From NCBI GenBank assembly GCA_964530135.1, contig CAZGXN010000001.1, positions 4,110-68,109 on the forward strand: 64,000 nt of DNA, written 5' to 3'. The notes beneath the pieces were generated by a model, which saw nothing but the letters and a program-made list of their open reading frames with translations, made no database searches and had not been told where the DNA came from. Source of the stretch: an uncultured Bdellovibrionales bacterium. Lineage in GTDB: Bacteria > Patescibacteriota > Minisyncoccia > Moranbacterales > UBA1568. The translations under genes and the position numbers were made by a program. This document shows, in pieces, positions 1 through 8,334 of this stretch (positions within the stretch are counted from its first letter, which is position 1; every line of letters starts with the position of its first letter).

Positions 1-615
1 CTTTCCCAGGAAACAGATACCTTGACTATCCTTGCGTTGAGCATTTGGCAGCGCGAATTTTTCAGCCAATGCCCGAACTTCCCGCTTCGTATACTGGCCG
101 ATGGGAAACAATGTGCGCGACAGTTGAGCCCGTGACAATTGAGAGAGGAAATAGGTCTGGTCTTTCACCTGGTCCGGCGTCTTTTTTAAGTAAACCGTCC
201 CGTTCTTGGCTTCCACCTGCGCATAGTGCCCCGTCGCGATCTTTGTATATTTCGTCCCGATCGAATCCCAAAACGCACCAAATTTGATTCGCGCATTACA
301 AAGCATATCCGGATTGGGTGTCCGGCCTGACTGCACCTCTTGAACCGCCGCCGCGACAACACGATCCCAGTACTCTTTCTGAAGCGGCACGATTTCCAAT
401 GGCACACTGAGTTGCTCTGTCACGGCTCGGACAAAGGTGAGATCTTCTTCCCACGGACAATCCCCGAGAAATGCCAATTCATCCTCCAGCCAGATCTTGA
501 TGTAGAACGCAGTTACATCAAAACCCGCCTCTTTGAGGAGAGCGAGAGCGACGGAACTATCCACACCGCCCGAGACTAGCACGGCAATTTTTTCTAATTT
601 CTTTTCGACAAACAT
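1..615 (-). CDS. mnmA: tRNA-specific 2-thiouridylase MnmA, N-terminal part (gene continues past window start)
   Basis: Minus-strand reading from 615 gives MFVEKKLEKIAVLVSGGVDSSVALALL... (PP-loop SGGxDSS) and continues in frame to position 1. It is absent from the ORF track because it reaches the window edge. Confidence 0.8.
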   Translation of the reverse strand, partial: MFVEKKLEKIAVLVSGGVDSSVALALLKEAGFDVTAFYIKIWLEDELAFLGDCPWEEDLTFVRAVTEQLSVPLEIVPLQKEYWDRVVAAAVQEVQSGRTPNPDMLCNARIKFGAFWDSIGTKYTKIATGHYAQVEAKNGTVYLKKTPDQVKDQTYFLSQLSRAQLSRTLFPIGQYTKREVRALAEKFALPNAQRKDSQGICFLGK

Positions 616-940
616 ATGCCTACTCTAACAGATAGAGCGAAACTCTCTCGGGCATATACTGTATCGGTAATAAACGAACTCGTCAATCAGGTATTTCGGA
701 AATTTTTTGAGCGAGCCGCCACCCATTCCACCACCCCTCGAATACTCTCAAGGTTGTATCGTATGCGGGACAGAGAAGTCCACAAACTCAAAACACCAAC
801 GCATTATATTTTTTTGAAAATAAAGCGGCACACTAGCTGAAGAAAGTTCCGCAACTACTCTGGCACATTTCACTTCCAGTATCCTGGCCTTTCAGCCGTA
901 GCCGAAAGAAGTTTCCACCATACGCTTCTATATTGAGCAA

Positions 941-985
941 AACAAAAACCCTTGGTCACTACATGGTAGTTTCCAAGGGTCCGAG
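941..985 (-). terminator. Rho-independent terminator for the minus-strand gene ending at 1038
   Basis: cccttgg(tcactacatggtagttt)ccaaggg stem with a nested actac/gtagt palindrome. On the minus strand it is followed by a T-run (plus-strand aaaaa at 945-949). Confidence 0.55.
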
Positions 986-1037
986 GGTCTAGGTGTCCGA
1001 GGGTCTTTTGCCTAATGGACTCCAAGAGACGAAAGCG

Positions 1038-1709
1038 TCAGAGTGCCGCGTTGCCGGGGCAGAGAACCTGGCCGTCAGCATCCCAGTAACCAAGCTCGCC
1101 GAGCTCCCAGTCGATGACGTTCCACTCGCGGTCGTTAAAGTCCCAGCCGACACTCACGGTGAAAATTTCACCGTTTTTGCCCTCGACGTAGAAGATATTC
1201 GCGTAGCCGTTGTTGAGGAGCAAACCCGACTGGCCGCCCGGCTGTGCCTCGATCAAGGCTGCGATGTCTTCCAGCGTGGAGAGGTGGTTTTCCGGCAGTT
1301 CCTCCCTGATGTCTCGGTCGTAGGCGTTCGCTTTGAGGAGCGAGGCTACATAGGGACATGCCGGGGTCGAATCCACCGTCTGCCTGGCGTGGATGTCGAG
1401 GCGATCGGCGAAGGTGTCGTGGATGTAGAGGCCGGCGCCGGTCTGGTAGAACTCGGACGCTACGAAGGGCTTCGTCCGTGCCGGAACGGTCGCTTGGGCG
1501 ACGGGCTTGAGGAGCCGGGTTTCCGTGAGTTGCGGGTAGCGGGAACCACGATTGATGATGGACTGAACCATATTCGCCACCTTAGTCGGATCCAGGGATC
1601 CCTTGAGAACCCGCTGCATCCAATCGTGTTGTTGGCGGGCGAATCGCCCGATGACTTCGTCGGCGACAGGATATGTCATGACGTTCTCCATTGCCCATAG
1701 CCTAACCAA
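1038..1709 (-). CDS. hypothetical protein (beta-rich C-terminus). Likely true start is the ATG at 1691 (MENVMTYP...).
   Basis: Protein-like composition. The overlapping plus ORF 993-1700 is G/A/V/R-rich antisense noise. A terminator hairpin lies downstream. Confidence 0.45.
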   Translation of the reverse strand: MVRLWAMENVMTYPVADEVIGRFARQQHDWMQRVLKGSLDPTKVANMVQSIINRGSRYPQLTETRLLKPVAQATVPARTKPFVASEFYQTGAGLYIHDTFADRLDIHARQTVDSTPACPYVASLLKANAYDRDIREELPENHLSTLEDIAALIEAQPGGQSGLLLNNGYANIFYVEGKNGEIFTVSVGWDFNDREWNVIDWELGELGYWDADGQVLCPGNAAL

Positions 1710-1718
1710 ATGGTTAAG

Positions 1719-1801
1719 TTTGCCAGAGCATCAAATATTCTTGCTATCCTGAGTTCTGTCGAAGAAGAACAAGAAACAAAAAGACTTGATGCTCTGGCAA
1801 A
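1719..1801. repeat. 16-bp perfect inverted repeat (tttgccagagcatcaa / ttgatgctctggcaaa) with a 51-nt spacer
   Basis: Arms at 1719-1734 and 1786-1801. It sits in the 5' leader/promoter region of the 1038-1709 gene. Confidence 0.6.
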
Positions 1802-2088
1802 AGTGTCAGTTTTTAAACAACAGATCATTATACACCTTTTAAGTGGTTTTGTAAAGAGTGATGAATAGCCCTGTTTTGAGCCTTCCATTCACACTTCTTA
1901 CTCAATTTCTTTCTTCCCTCTCGGTTGTATAGTCCTCATTTCAGCACGAAACGACGGCCATCAGGATACATCGAAAGAGAGAATACAGGTATCGGAAAAC
2001 TATAGTTTTTCTTTCGTTTTTAATTTTTTGGGAAGTATCTGCCCGGCGAGGAATGACTTACACTTTTCATCACAATAATACAGCTTTG

Positions 2089-4161
2089 TTATTTGCCCTT
2101 TTCCTGCCGCGCGCCATCAATAAGTGCCCGAACAGCGTTCACATTAATATCGGGCTTGCGGCGGAGTGCTTTAAATCTTTTCGGCTCAATATGCTGGGTC
2201 TGTGATAGCTTCATCGGCGGCTCAGGTGCAGTGTATGCACGGAGCTCGGTGGACTGACGGCGCTCTGGACTCAGTGGCTTCTCAGTCAGCCGCTGCTGAG
2301 GAACAGGAGCGGCAGATTTCGTTTGTGCCACAACCTGATTCCGCTCCCGAGCGATCGCCCGCTGGTAATCACGCAGACAATCCTTACAAAATGTTGGGCG
2401 AGAAGCGTCGGGGGCAAAGGGTACTTCAATATCAATGCCACAAGTTGCACAAACTGCTGGATACAATACTTTTTCAGGGACCACTGCCGGTAACTCAGTC
2501 TCAAACATGTTTTCTGCCTCTTCAGGTGTTGCACTGTCCGGTACAACTTCAGGGGTTGGTGTAATGGGTCGCTGAGTTGAAGAAGCTTTCGGTAGTTTCG
2601 ATGTACTAGCTGATACAGTAATTGACTCAGTCGGTTCAGAAACTGTTTCAATACTCGGCTTGGGTAATTGCACAGGAATCGGTCTCGGTGCGATCGGCCG
2701 AGCCACTGGCTTGGGACGCGCTGGCTCGGTTATTTGTTCTCGCTTTGCGATCGTTTCGGTGCCGTGCAGTGGTGCTATTCGTTCCCGCGAGGTCGGACGT
2801 GGTGCTGTAGTCAACGGAGTAGTCTTTGGAGCTGCTGTTGCAGGTGTTCGCAGTGCCTGCTTTTCTTCTTCGGTCAACATCCCCGTCCAACGCCGGATCT
2901 TTTCTTCAACCTCTGCTTGTGAGGAAGCATAGCGTTCGCGAGTCGCCGCAATCACTTTCTCATTGATCCCGGGCGTTTCAATAAGAATCGGTGGAAGTGT
3001 CGTCGCCGAGAAAGCGTCCCCCGCGATACCATCTATCATCAGCTTGAGATAGATCTGATATTTCGGCAGATTCACCATGTCGTTCATCATGAACACTGGC
3101 TCGAATTCCTTTTCGAGGAACTCAGCATCCTGCGCTCCGACGCGGAAAGAAATAATCGTGCCCGCGTTGCCAAAAATTGCATCCCGAACTGGCTCTTCGA
3201 GCTGTGTAATATACTGATTGGCCAGAATGAGTGAAAGGCGATATTTCCGCGCTTCTGAGAGAATGTTGGCAAATGAGTCTGTCGCAAAGTTCTGAAATTC
3301 ATCGACATAAAGATAAAAATCCTTGCGGTCTTCCTCCGGTGTGTCCACGCGGCCCATGGCGGCGAGCTGGATCTTTGTGATCATCATCGCGCCGAGGAGT
3401 GCGCTTGAATCCTCACCGATCTTACCTTTAGCGAGGTTCATGATAAGGATTTTCTTTGAATCCATCACTTCACGGACATCGAATGCGCTCGTCGCCTGAC
3501 CGATAATATTGCGTATCAGACTGTTTGAAGTAAATTGACCGACTTTATTCTGAATCGGAGAAATGACTTCTTGAAGTACGCGTTCATTCCATCCCGCAAA
3601 TTCAACCGTCCAAAATTGTTTTACGACTGGATCAGTTACCTTCTCCATCACCCGCTCACGATAGCTCTTGTCGACGAGAATCCGCATGACACCCAACAAA
3701 CTCGCACCCGGGTATTCCAAGAGAGCAAGAATCGCATTTCGGAGAATATATTCCAGGCGTGGGCCCCAAGAATCCGCCCAGATTTTTTTAAACACCCCAA
3801 CCAAGCCAGATGCCACAAGCGAACGCTGATCGGCTCCAACTTGTTCCAATACATTAAAAGCAATCGGGAAGGCTTGGTCAGCCGGATCAAAGTAGATCAC
3901 ATCATTAATGCGTTCCGGCGGAATGGCTTTGATGAGTTTGAGAGCGACATCACCGTGCGGATCGATGAAACAAATGCCATGCCCCTGTTGGATATCCTGA
4001 ATTGCCAGGTTCTCGAGCAGATTTGTTTTCCCCATGCCGGTCTTGCCGATGAGGTACATGTGCCGACGACGGTCATCGGCCTTGATACCAAAAACCCGTT
4101 CTTGATTGCGGAAATTCGTCTTGGCGAACACGGTAATTTGATTGTCAGCGGACTCGGGCAT
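2089..4161 (-). CDS. type IV secretion coupling-protein-like P-loop ATPase (TrwB/TraD/VirD4 family). Soluble, with a Pro-rich linker and a C-terminal CxxC...CxxC zinc ribbon.
   Basis: Walker A IGKTGMGKTNLLENL followed by the FIDPHGD motif (the DPxGD signature of T4CPs). Walker B YLYVDEFQNF. There are no N-terminal TM helices. The C-terminus contains CATCG...FCKDC. Confidence 0.6.
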   Translation of the reverse strand: MPESADNQITVFAKTNFRNQERVFGIKADDRRRHMYLIGKTGMGKTNLLENLAIQDIQQGHGICFIDPHGDVALKLIKAIPPERINDVIYFDPADQAFPIAFNVLEQVGADQRSLVASGLVGVFKKIWADSWGPRLEYILRNAILALLEYPGASLLGVMRILVDKSYRERVMEKVTDPVVKQFWTVEFAGWNERVLQEVISPIQNKVGQFTSNSLIRNIIGQATSAFDVREVMDSKKILIMNLAKGKIGEDSSALLGAMMITKIQLAAMGRVDTPEEDRKDFYLYVDEFQNFATDSFANILSEARKYRLSLILANQYITQLEEPVRDAIFGNAGTIISFRVGAQDAEFLEKEFEPVFMMNDMVNLPKYQIYLKLMIDGIAGDAFSATTLPPILIETPGINEKVIAATRERYASSQAEVEEKIRRWTGMLTEEEKQALRTPATAAPKTTPLTTAPRPTSRERIAPLHGTETIAKREQITEPARPKPVARPIAPRPIPVQLPKPSIETVSEPTESITVSASTSKLPKASSTQRPITPTPEVVPDSATPEEAENMFETELPAVVPEKVLYPAVCATCGIDIEVPFAPDASRPTFCKDCLRDYQRAIARERNQVVAQTKSAAPVPQQRLTEKPLSPERRQSTELRAYTAPEPPMKLSQTQHIEPKRFKALRRKPDINVNAVRALIDGARQEKGK

Positions 4162-4214
4162 AAGATGCGTTGATCTAAAGCGAAAAAACGGTTTGAGTAC
4201 AAGCCTCAGTGAAC

Positions 4215-5492
4215 CTATTGTACTGGCAAATTGTTGGGGGCGCCACCACGCTTAGTCATGACGCGTGAAAGGGCTGGCGCGAGCACCTGCATATCCGGCA
4301 GATGAAACACTGTCGCCAGTTCTTCTGAAGAGAACATGAAACAGTTACTCGGTGGGTCAGAATCACGAGTAATATAGCGACGAAATAACCGACGCTGACG
4401 ATACCGCGTCCGCTGATCGACCAATAGATAACTCGCATAGGTCTTGGTGAGGTCGTCCGGTACCATGCTGTTTAGATTGAGATCATTGAATTGTTTGATC
4501 GCTCCGATAAAGGCCGAGACACCGGTTGCTTTGGAGAAATGCTCTTTTTGACCGATATACACATGGCGCATTTTCGTCTTGAACATCGGCTTACCAATAT
4601 TGCTTTCCAAGGCCTTCAGTATATCTTTTTGTCCAGGCGTGAGTCGGAACTCAACTGGTTGCTCTTCGGCCGCAGCGGCTTCTGAGAGACTCGTCCACGT
4701 CAATTCCTGTCCCAAGAGACCAGAAAACAAATTGCGGAAGACGTCCACTAAATCATGCCAAACCCGCGCAAAAATACCCAATCCGGCAACTTCTTCGTGT
4801 CCCAAAAACTCCTCGATCGTCGCCTGACCTTTCTTGGCTCCCCAATCCTCTTTCACAGGAGTTACCAAAAATTGGAGCCAGAGATGCTGTCCCGGACCGA
4901 TCTTCCCCATCGTTTCAATCAATCCAGCCAATGGATCAAGCATTTTTCCGGTAACGGATTCTTCAAAAAATTTATATGTCCGAATCGGGTAAAGGTCCGG
5001 TTTGAATAATATAAACTCTGTTCCCCACAAGTCCCAATCTCTGTTTGGCAGTGTCCGCGGCACATGCTTTGTATAATCCTCGGCCTCGACAATCTCGACA
5101 TTCGGATACTGCGCATAAAAATGTGCTTCAACCAAATTCCGAAAGGGTTTCTGAGTCCGAATATACATATGGACCAGTCCTTCGGTACTGACAAGCTCGA
5201 GGCTAAACTTGGCCGGGTATTCACCCGCGATATACTCTTCAAAAACAGTCGGTGATTTAATCACGCCGCCAAACCCCGAAAAAATCATCTCCATCGGATG
5301 TGGACTTTTTTCGAGCTCTTTCGGAGGAATAATCTCGAGTAAGACCCACTCAATGTTGCTTCCAAAGAGTTCATTACGACTGCTCAGCCAGAGAAATATA
5401 AACAACGGGTATAGAACGAACGGGAGTACATAAAACCAAACATCGCTCGCCACAGAAGCAATGGTCAATATGTTGTAAAAAAATTCAATCAT
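4215..5492 (-). CDS. membrane protein (2 N-terminal TM helices plus a ~350-aa soluble domain). Probable partner or anchor of the downstream coupling-like ATPase.
   Basis: Hydrophobic N-terminus VWFYVLPFVLYPLFIFLWL. It is co-directional with the ATPase gene, 54 bp upstream of it. Confidence 0.5.
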   Translation of the reverse strand: MIEFFYNILTIASVASDVWFYVLPFVLYPLFIFLWLSSRNELFGSNIEWVLLEIIPPKELEKSPHPMEMIFSGFGGVIKSPTVFEEYIAGEYPAKFSLELVSTEGLVHMYIRTQKPFRNLVEAHFYAQYPNVEIVEAEDYTKHVPRTLPNRDWDLWGTEFILFKPDLYPIRTYKFFEESVTGKMLDPLAGLIETMGKIGPGQHLWLQFLVTPVKEDWGAKKGQATIEEFLGHEEVAGLGIFARVWHDLVDVFRNLFSGLLGQELTWTSLSEAAAAEEQPVEFRLTPGQKDILKALESNIGKPMFKTKMRHVYIGQKEHFSKATGVSAFIGAIKQFNDLNLNSMVPDDLTKTYASYLLVDQRTRYRQRRLFRRYITRDSDPPSNCFMFSSEELATVFHLPDMQVLAPALSRVMTKRGGAPNNLPVQ

Positions 5493-5673
5493 GCCACTGC
5501 ATCACTCATTACGCGACTCTCAGTCTCTTCTCATAGTATAGAGAGTTTTTGCGCGCGAGGAAACTCTTTCCTCTGGTCCGGAAGGATATAACGGTAAAAA
5601 GATAGGGCGACATATCGAATCATCAAATGGACACGATGCACTCGATCAGACAAGTCTGAAACAAATCACGGAA

Positions 5674-6780
5674 TTACTTCCGCTTATCGGAGAGAGAGTA
5701 GATATTTTTTCCTACCTTTGTGAAAAAACTATTGAGGTTGATGATGACCGTCGAACGCTTTACTTGACGGACCTTCATCACGGCCTTCAAGAGCTCTTCG
5801 CGTGTCATAGGATTAACATTCTCTTGGAGGATAGAAGAAAGGACTTCGCGAACAGTCCCAGGACGAAACCCCCAATCAGAAAGAGCATAGGTACCCCGCC
5901 CAACTAGAACAAAGCGTTCATCTTTGATGAGTTCATTATGCACGGTTTGCGGATGTGTCTTCTTGCCCGTTTTGTAGAGGCCGTGCTCATCAATGAGACG
6001 GGCAATTTCACGGAAATGCAGTGGCTGTTTCATCACCTGGAGTATCAGATGGGCACGCTCGCGAGTCCCACGGGGACGGATAGTACTCCAATGGACAAGT
6101 CCGTAACGACCAAAAACATTTTTCTCAATTTCAACAGCTGGAACAAGCAACGACTCAAACATTTCTTTCGTCATATCAGTCGCTCCGGATTTCTTTATAT
6201 ATCGAGCATAGAGATCGTCCAATGACTGAGTCTCAGCCGCCTCCTTGAGAATACCAACGACCAATACTACGAATGCTTCCCATTCTTGAAGAGAAAAATC
6301 ATCCGTCATAATAATCGCTTTGTGTCGCGTGTTCGCCTTGCTCATCCGGCATCCAGGAAAAGCTGAGAGTAGGGCGAGGAGCGCCTTTTCTTCCGAGACA
6401 CTGCCATTTCCCAAGTCTGCGAGAACCGCATCGATCGTCATGATCCCACCTCGTTGTCTCACTCGCTCAATGACACGATTCACCAATGCATGATCTGCTT
6501 CATGGGCCATAATTTCCCGAATCCGCCGCATGATGACATCGACGATCTGACGGACTCGCTCGCGCGTGATACCATGTGTTTTCCCAATTTCTTCGAGTGT
6601 CTTTTCGGTACCATCTGTAATACCAAAACGCGCGCGTGTAATGACACCCGAACGCTCAGGGAAAGACGCCAATAAAGCATCAAAAAGATCTTCGGCCGTA
6701 CGCGTACTTGACAGACGAGCAGAATCAATAGTTTTCCTTCGTTCGGACATAAAAAAATCAATAATTATGATCTCTAACAA
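5674..6780 (-). CDS. DNA-binding protein with a sigma-70 region-4-like HTH and a C-terminal HARE-HTH domain
   Basis: TLEEIGKTHGITRERVRQI is a classic sigma70 r4.2 HTH. The C-terminal PLHFREIARLIDEHGLYKTGKKTHPQTVHNELIKDERFVLVGRGTYAL matches the HARE-HTH pattern. The likely start is the second Met (MSERRK). Confidence 0.6.
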   Translation of the reverse strand: MLEIIIIDFFMSERRKTIDSARLSSTRTAEDLFDALLASFPERSGVITRARFGITDGTEKTLEEIGKTHGITRERVRQIVDVIMRRIREIMAHEADHALVNRVIERVRQRGGIMTIDAVLADLGNGSVSEEKALLALLSAFPGCRMSKANTRHKAIIMTDDFSLQEWEAFVVLVVGILKEAAETQSLDDLYARYIKKSGATDMTKEMFESLLVPAVEIEKNVFGRYGLVHWSTIRPRGTRERAHLILQVMKQPLHFREIARLIDEHGLYKTGKKTHPQTVHNELIKDERFVLVGRGTYALSDWGFRPGTVREVLSSILQENVNPMTREELLKAVMKVRQVKRSTVIINLNSFFTKVGKNIYSLSDKRK

Positions 6781-6882
6781 CGCTTCATATTAACGCATAT
6801 TACCATATTTTGTCAAGAGTTGACGAAGAGTGAGGCACCTCAGACCAACTACCGTGTCTATCATCCTTAATCTTGGATTTGT

Positions 6883-6911
6883 TTGCCATTGATAAGTATG
6901 TCTTGTATAAT
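6883..6911 (+). promoter_or_regulatory. sigma70-like promoter (TTGCCA-N17-TATAAT) for the 6964 gene
   Basis: ttgcca at 6883-6888 and tataat at 6906-6911. It lies 52 nt upstream of the ATG. Confidence 0.45.
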
Positions 6912-6963
6912 TTGATCAGGAGAATACAAAGAATTCTCACAAACACGGAAAGAAATAAAAAAT

Positions 6964-7728
6964 ATGACTGATGTTTCTACTGAACCAAGTCTTCAACCCG
7001 TTCCAGATGGGGGCGCTAAGATTCAGGCCCTTCGGGAAATGATTCTCAATGCTGAACGCACTATTCAAAGTGCCAAGGCGATGCTCCTTCAGATTGAAGG
7101 GAAGAAGAAAACTGGTCGCCCCAAGAAATCAGAAGATTCTGCACTCGGCACAATCATTGAGGGCACTTTCGATGGACAAATCATGCTCGGTACTGATGGG
7201 AAGCAATACCCCGTCCCAGCAAACTATGCCTCCAAATCGAAACTCGTCGAAGGCGACATGCTAAAGCTCACTATCACGCCGGATGGATCGTTTATCTACA
7301 AACAAATCGGCCCCATCGATCGTCGCCATGCTATCGGTATCGTGAGTCAAGATGAAAACGGAAATTATCACATCGTCGTCGATGGTGAACCCTATCGCGT
7401 ACTCTTTGCTTCAATTACCTATTTCCGCGCTGAACCAGGCGATGAAGTCGCTGTCATGCTCCCACGAGGACTTTCCGCCTCCTGGGTCGCTATAGAAAAT
7501 ATCCTCCAAAAAGGCACGCTCGGTACACCCGTCCCACCCGTGAAGCCAGCGAGCGAACGCCATCTCCACGCCGACTGGAAAAAAGATCTCGCTGAGGAAA
7601 AAATGCCTGACTCTGATACCGCGACGACAATGACCCCGGCAGCGACCGCAACAGCCGATCTCTCACCGCTCGATGCCTGGGTGAAAGACATGGAAGCGAT
7701 CGAAAAAGAAATTGCCGAAGGTCGCTAA
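6964..7728 (+). CDS. hypothetical protein with two ~55-aa beta-rich internal repeats and a basic GKKKTGRPKK segment
   Basis: Internal repeat GQIMLGTDGKQYPV...LVEGDMLKL versus GNYHIVVDGEPYRV...EPGDEVAVML. Composition is clean. Confidence 0.5.
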   Translation: MTDVSTEPSLQPVPDGGAKIQALREMILNAERTIQSAKAMLLQIEGKKKTGRPKKSEDSALGTIIEGTFDGQIMLGTDGKQYPVPANYASKSKLVEGDMLKLTITPDGSFIYKQIGPIDRRHAIGIVSQDENGNYHIVVDGEPYRVLFASITYFRAEPGDEVAVMLPRGLSASWVAIENILQKGTLGTPVPPVKPASERHLHADWKKDLAEEKMPDSDTATTMTPAATATADLSPLDAWVKDMEAIEKEIAEGR

Positions 7729-7766
7729 TCACAAATCCAACTCTTAACCCAATCGACAATTATTCT

Positions 7767-8246
7767 ATGGACACTAATTCCGTGCCGAATCCTGAAGTTA
7801 CCCGCTTCTCCAAGGCCTGGTTCATCCGGACAATAAAGCAGTTTTCAAAGTTTATTATCGTAGGTGGCGTAAACACCGGCATTGATGTCGTTATTTTGCG
7901 GATACTCGTCGGCGTTACTGGTATTGTCGGTGGCGGCGGTATCGTCGTTCTCAACGCTATTTCATTCTCAGTAGCTGTCGTCAACAGTTACTTCATGAAT
8001 AAGCTGTGGACATTTGAAGACAAGACTCGTACCGAAAAGGAGCCTTTCAAATTTTCTCAGTTCTTCATCGTCAGTCTCATCGGCATCAGCATCAACAGCG
8101 GCGTTGTATATGTCATCACGACATTTACCCAACCCATACTCGGCATCTCCGAAGCGAACTGGGTCGTTGTCGCCAAGCTTTTCGCCACTGGATTCTCGCT
8201 CGTTTGGAACTTTATTGGTTACAAACTCTTCGTCTTCAAAAAATAA
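7767..8246 (+). CDS. GtrA-family membrane protein
   Basis: FSKFIIVGGVNTGIDVVIL...VNSYFMNKLWTFEDK is the GtrA-like signature. About 4 TM helices. Confidence 0.7.
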   Translation: MDTNSVPNPEVTRFSKAWFIRTIKQFSKFIIVGGVNTGIDVVILRILVGVTGIVGGGGIVVLNAISFSVAVVNSYFMNKLWTFEDKTRTEKEPFKFSQFFIVSLIGISINSGVVYVITTFTQPILGISEANWVVVAKLFATGFSLVWNFIGYKLFVFKK

Positions 8247-8263
8247 TCAGTGTTTCTCCTGCC

Positions 8264-8295
8264 AAACCCCATCTCCCTTTTATGGGGTTTTGTTT
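8264..8295 (+). terminator. Rho-independent terminator after the gtrA-like gene
   Basis: ccccat(ctccctttt)atgggg followed by ttttgttt. Confidence 0.6.
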
Positions 8296-8316
8296 CGTTC
8301 GTGAGAAAGGTATAAT
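8289..8316 (+). promoter_or_regulatory. putative promoter for dnaX (-10 tataat at 8311-8316, weak -35 ttgttt)
   Basis: tataat is followed by the aggagg RBS at 8318-8323. Confidence 0.35.
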
Positions 8317-8334
8317 AGGAGGCACTGCCATCCA

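Noticed and set aside
616-840. 74-aa plus-strand ORF starting at the catATG palindrome that also forms the mnmA start
   Set aside because: It is a basic, low-information sequence in a promoter region. The start coincidence arises from the palindrome. No RBS.
993-1700. 235-aa plus-strand ORF
   Set aside because: It is fully antisense to the more protein-like minus ORF 1038-1709. Its G/A/V/R/L-rich composition is typical of the reverse frame of a GC-rich gene.
3535-4173. 212-aa plus ORF
   Set aside because: It lies inside and antisense to the coupling-ATPase gene, which has clear P-loop motifs.
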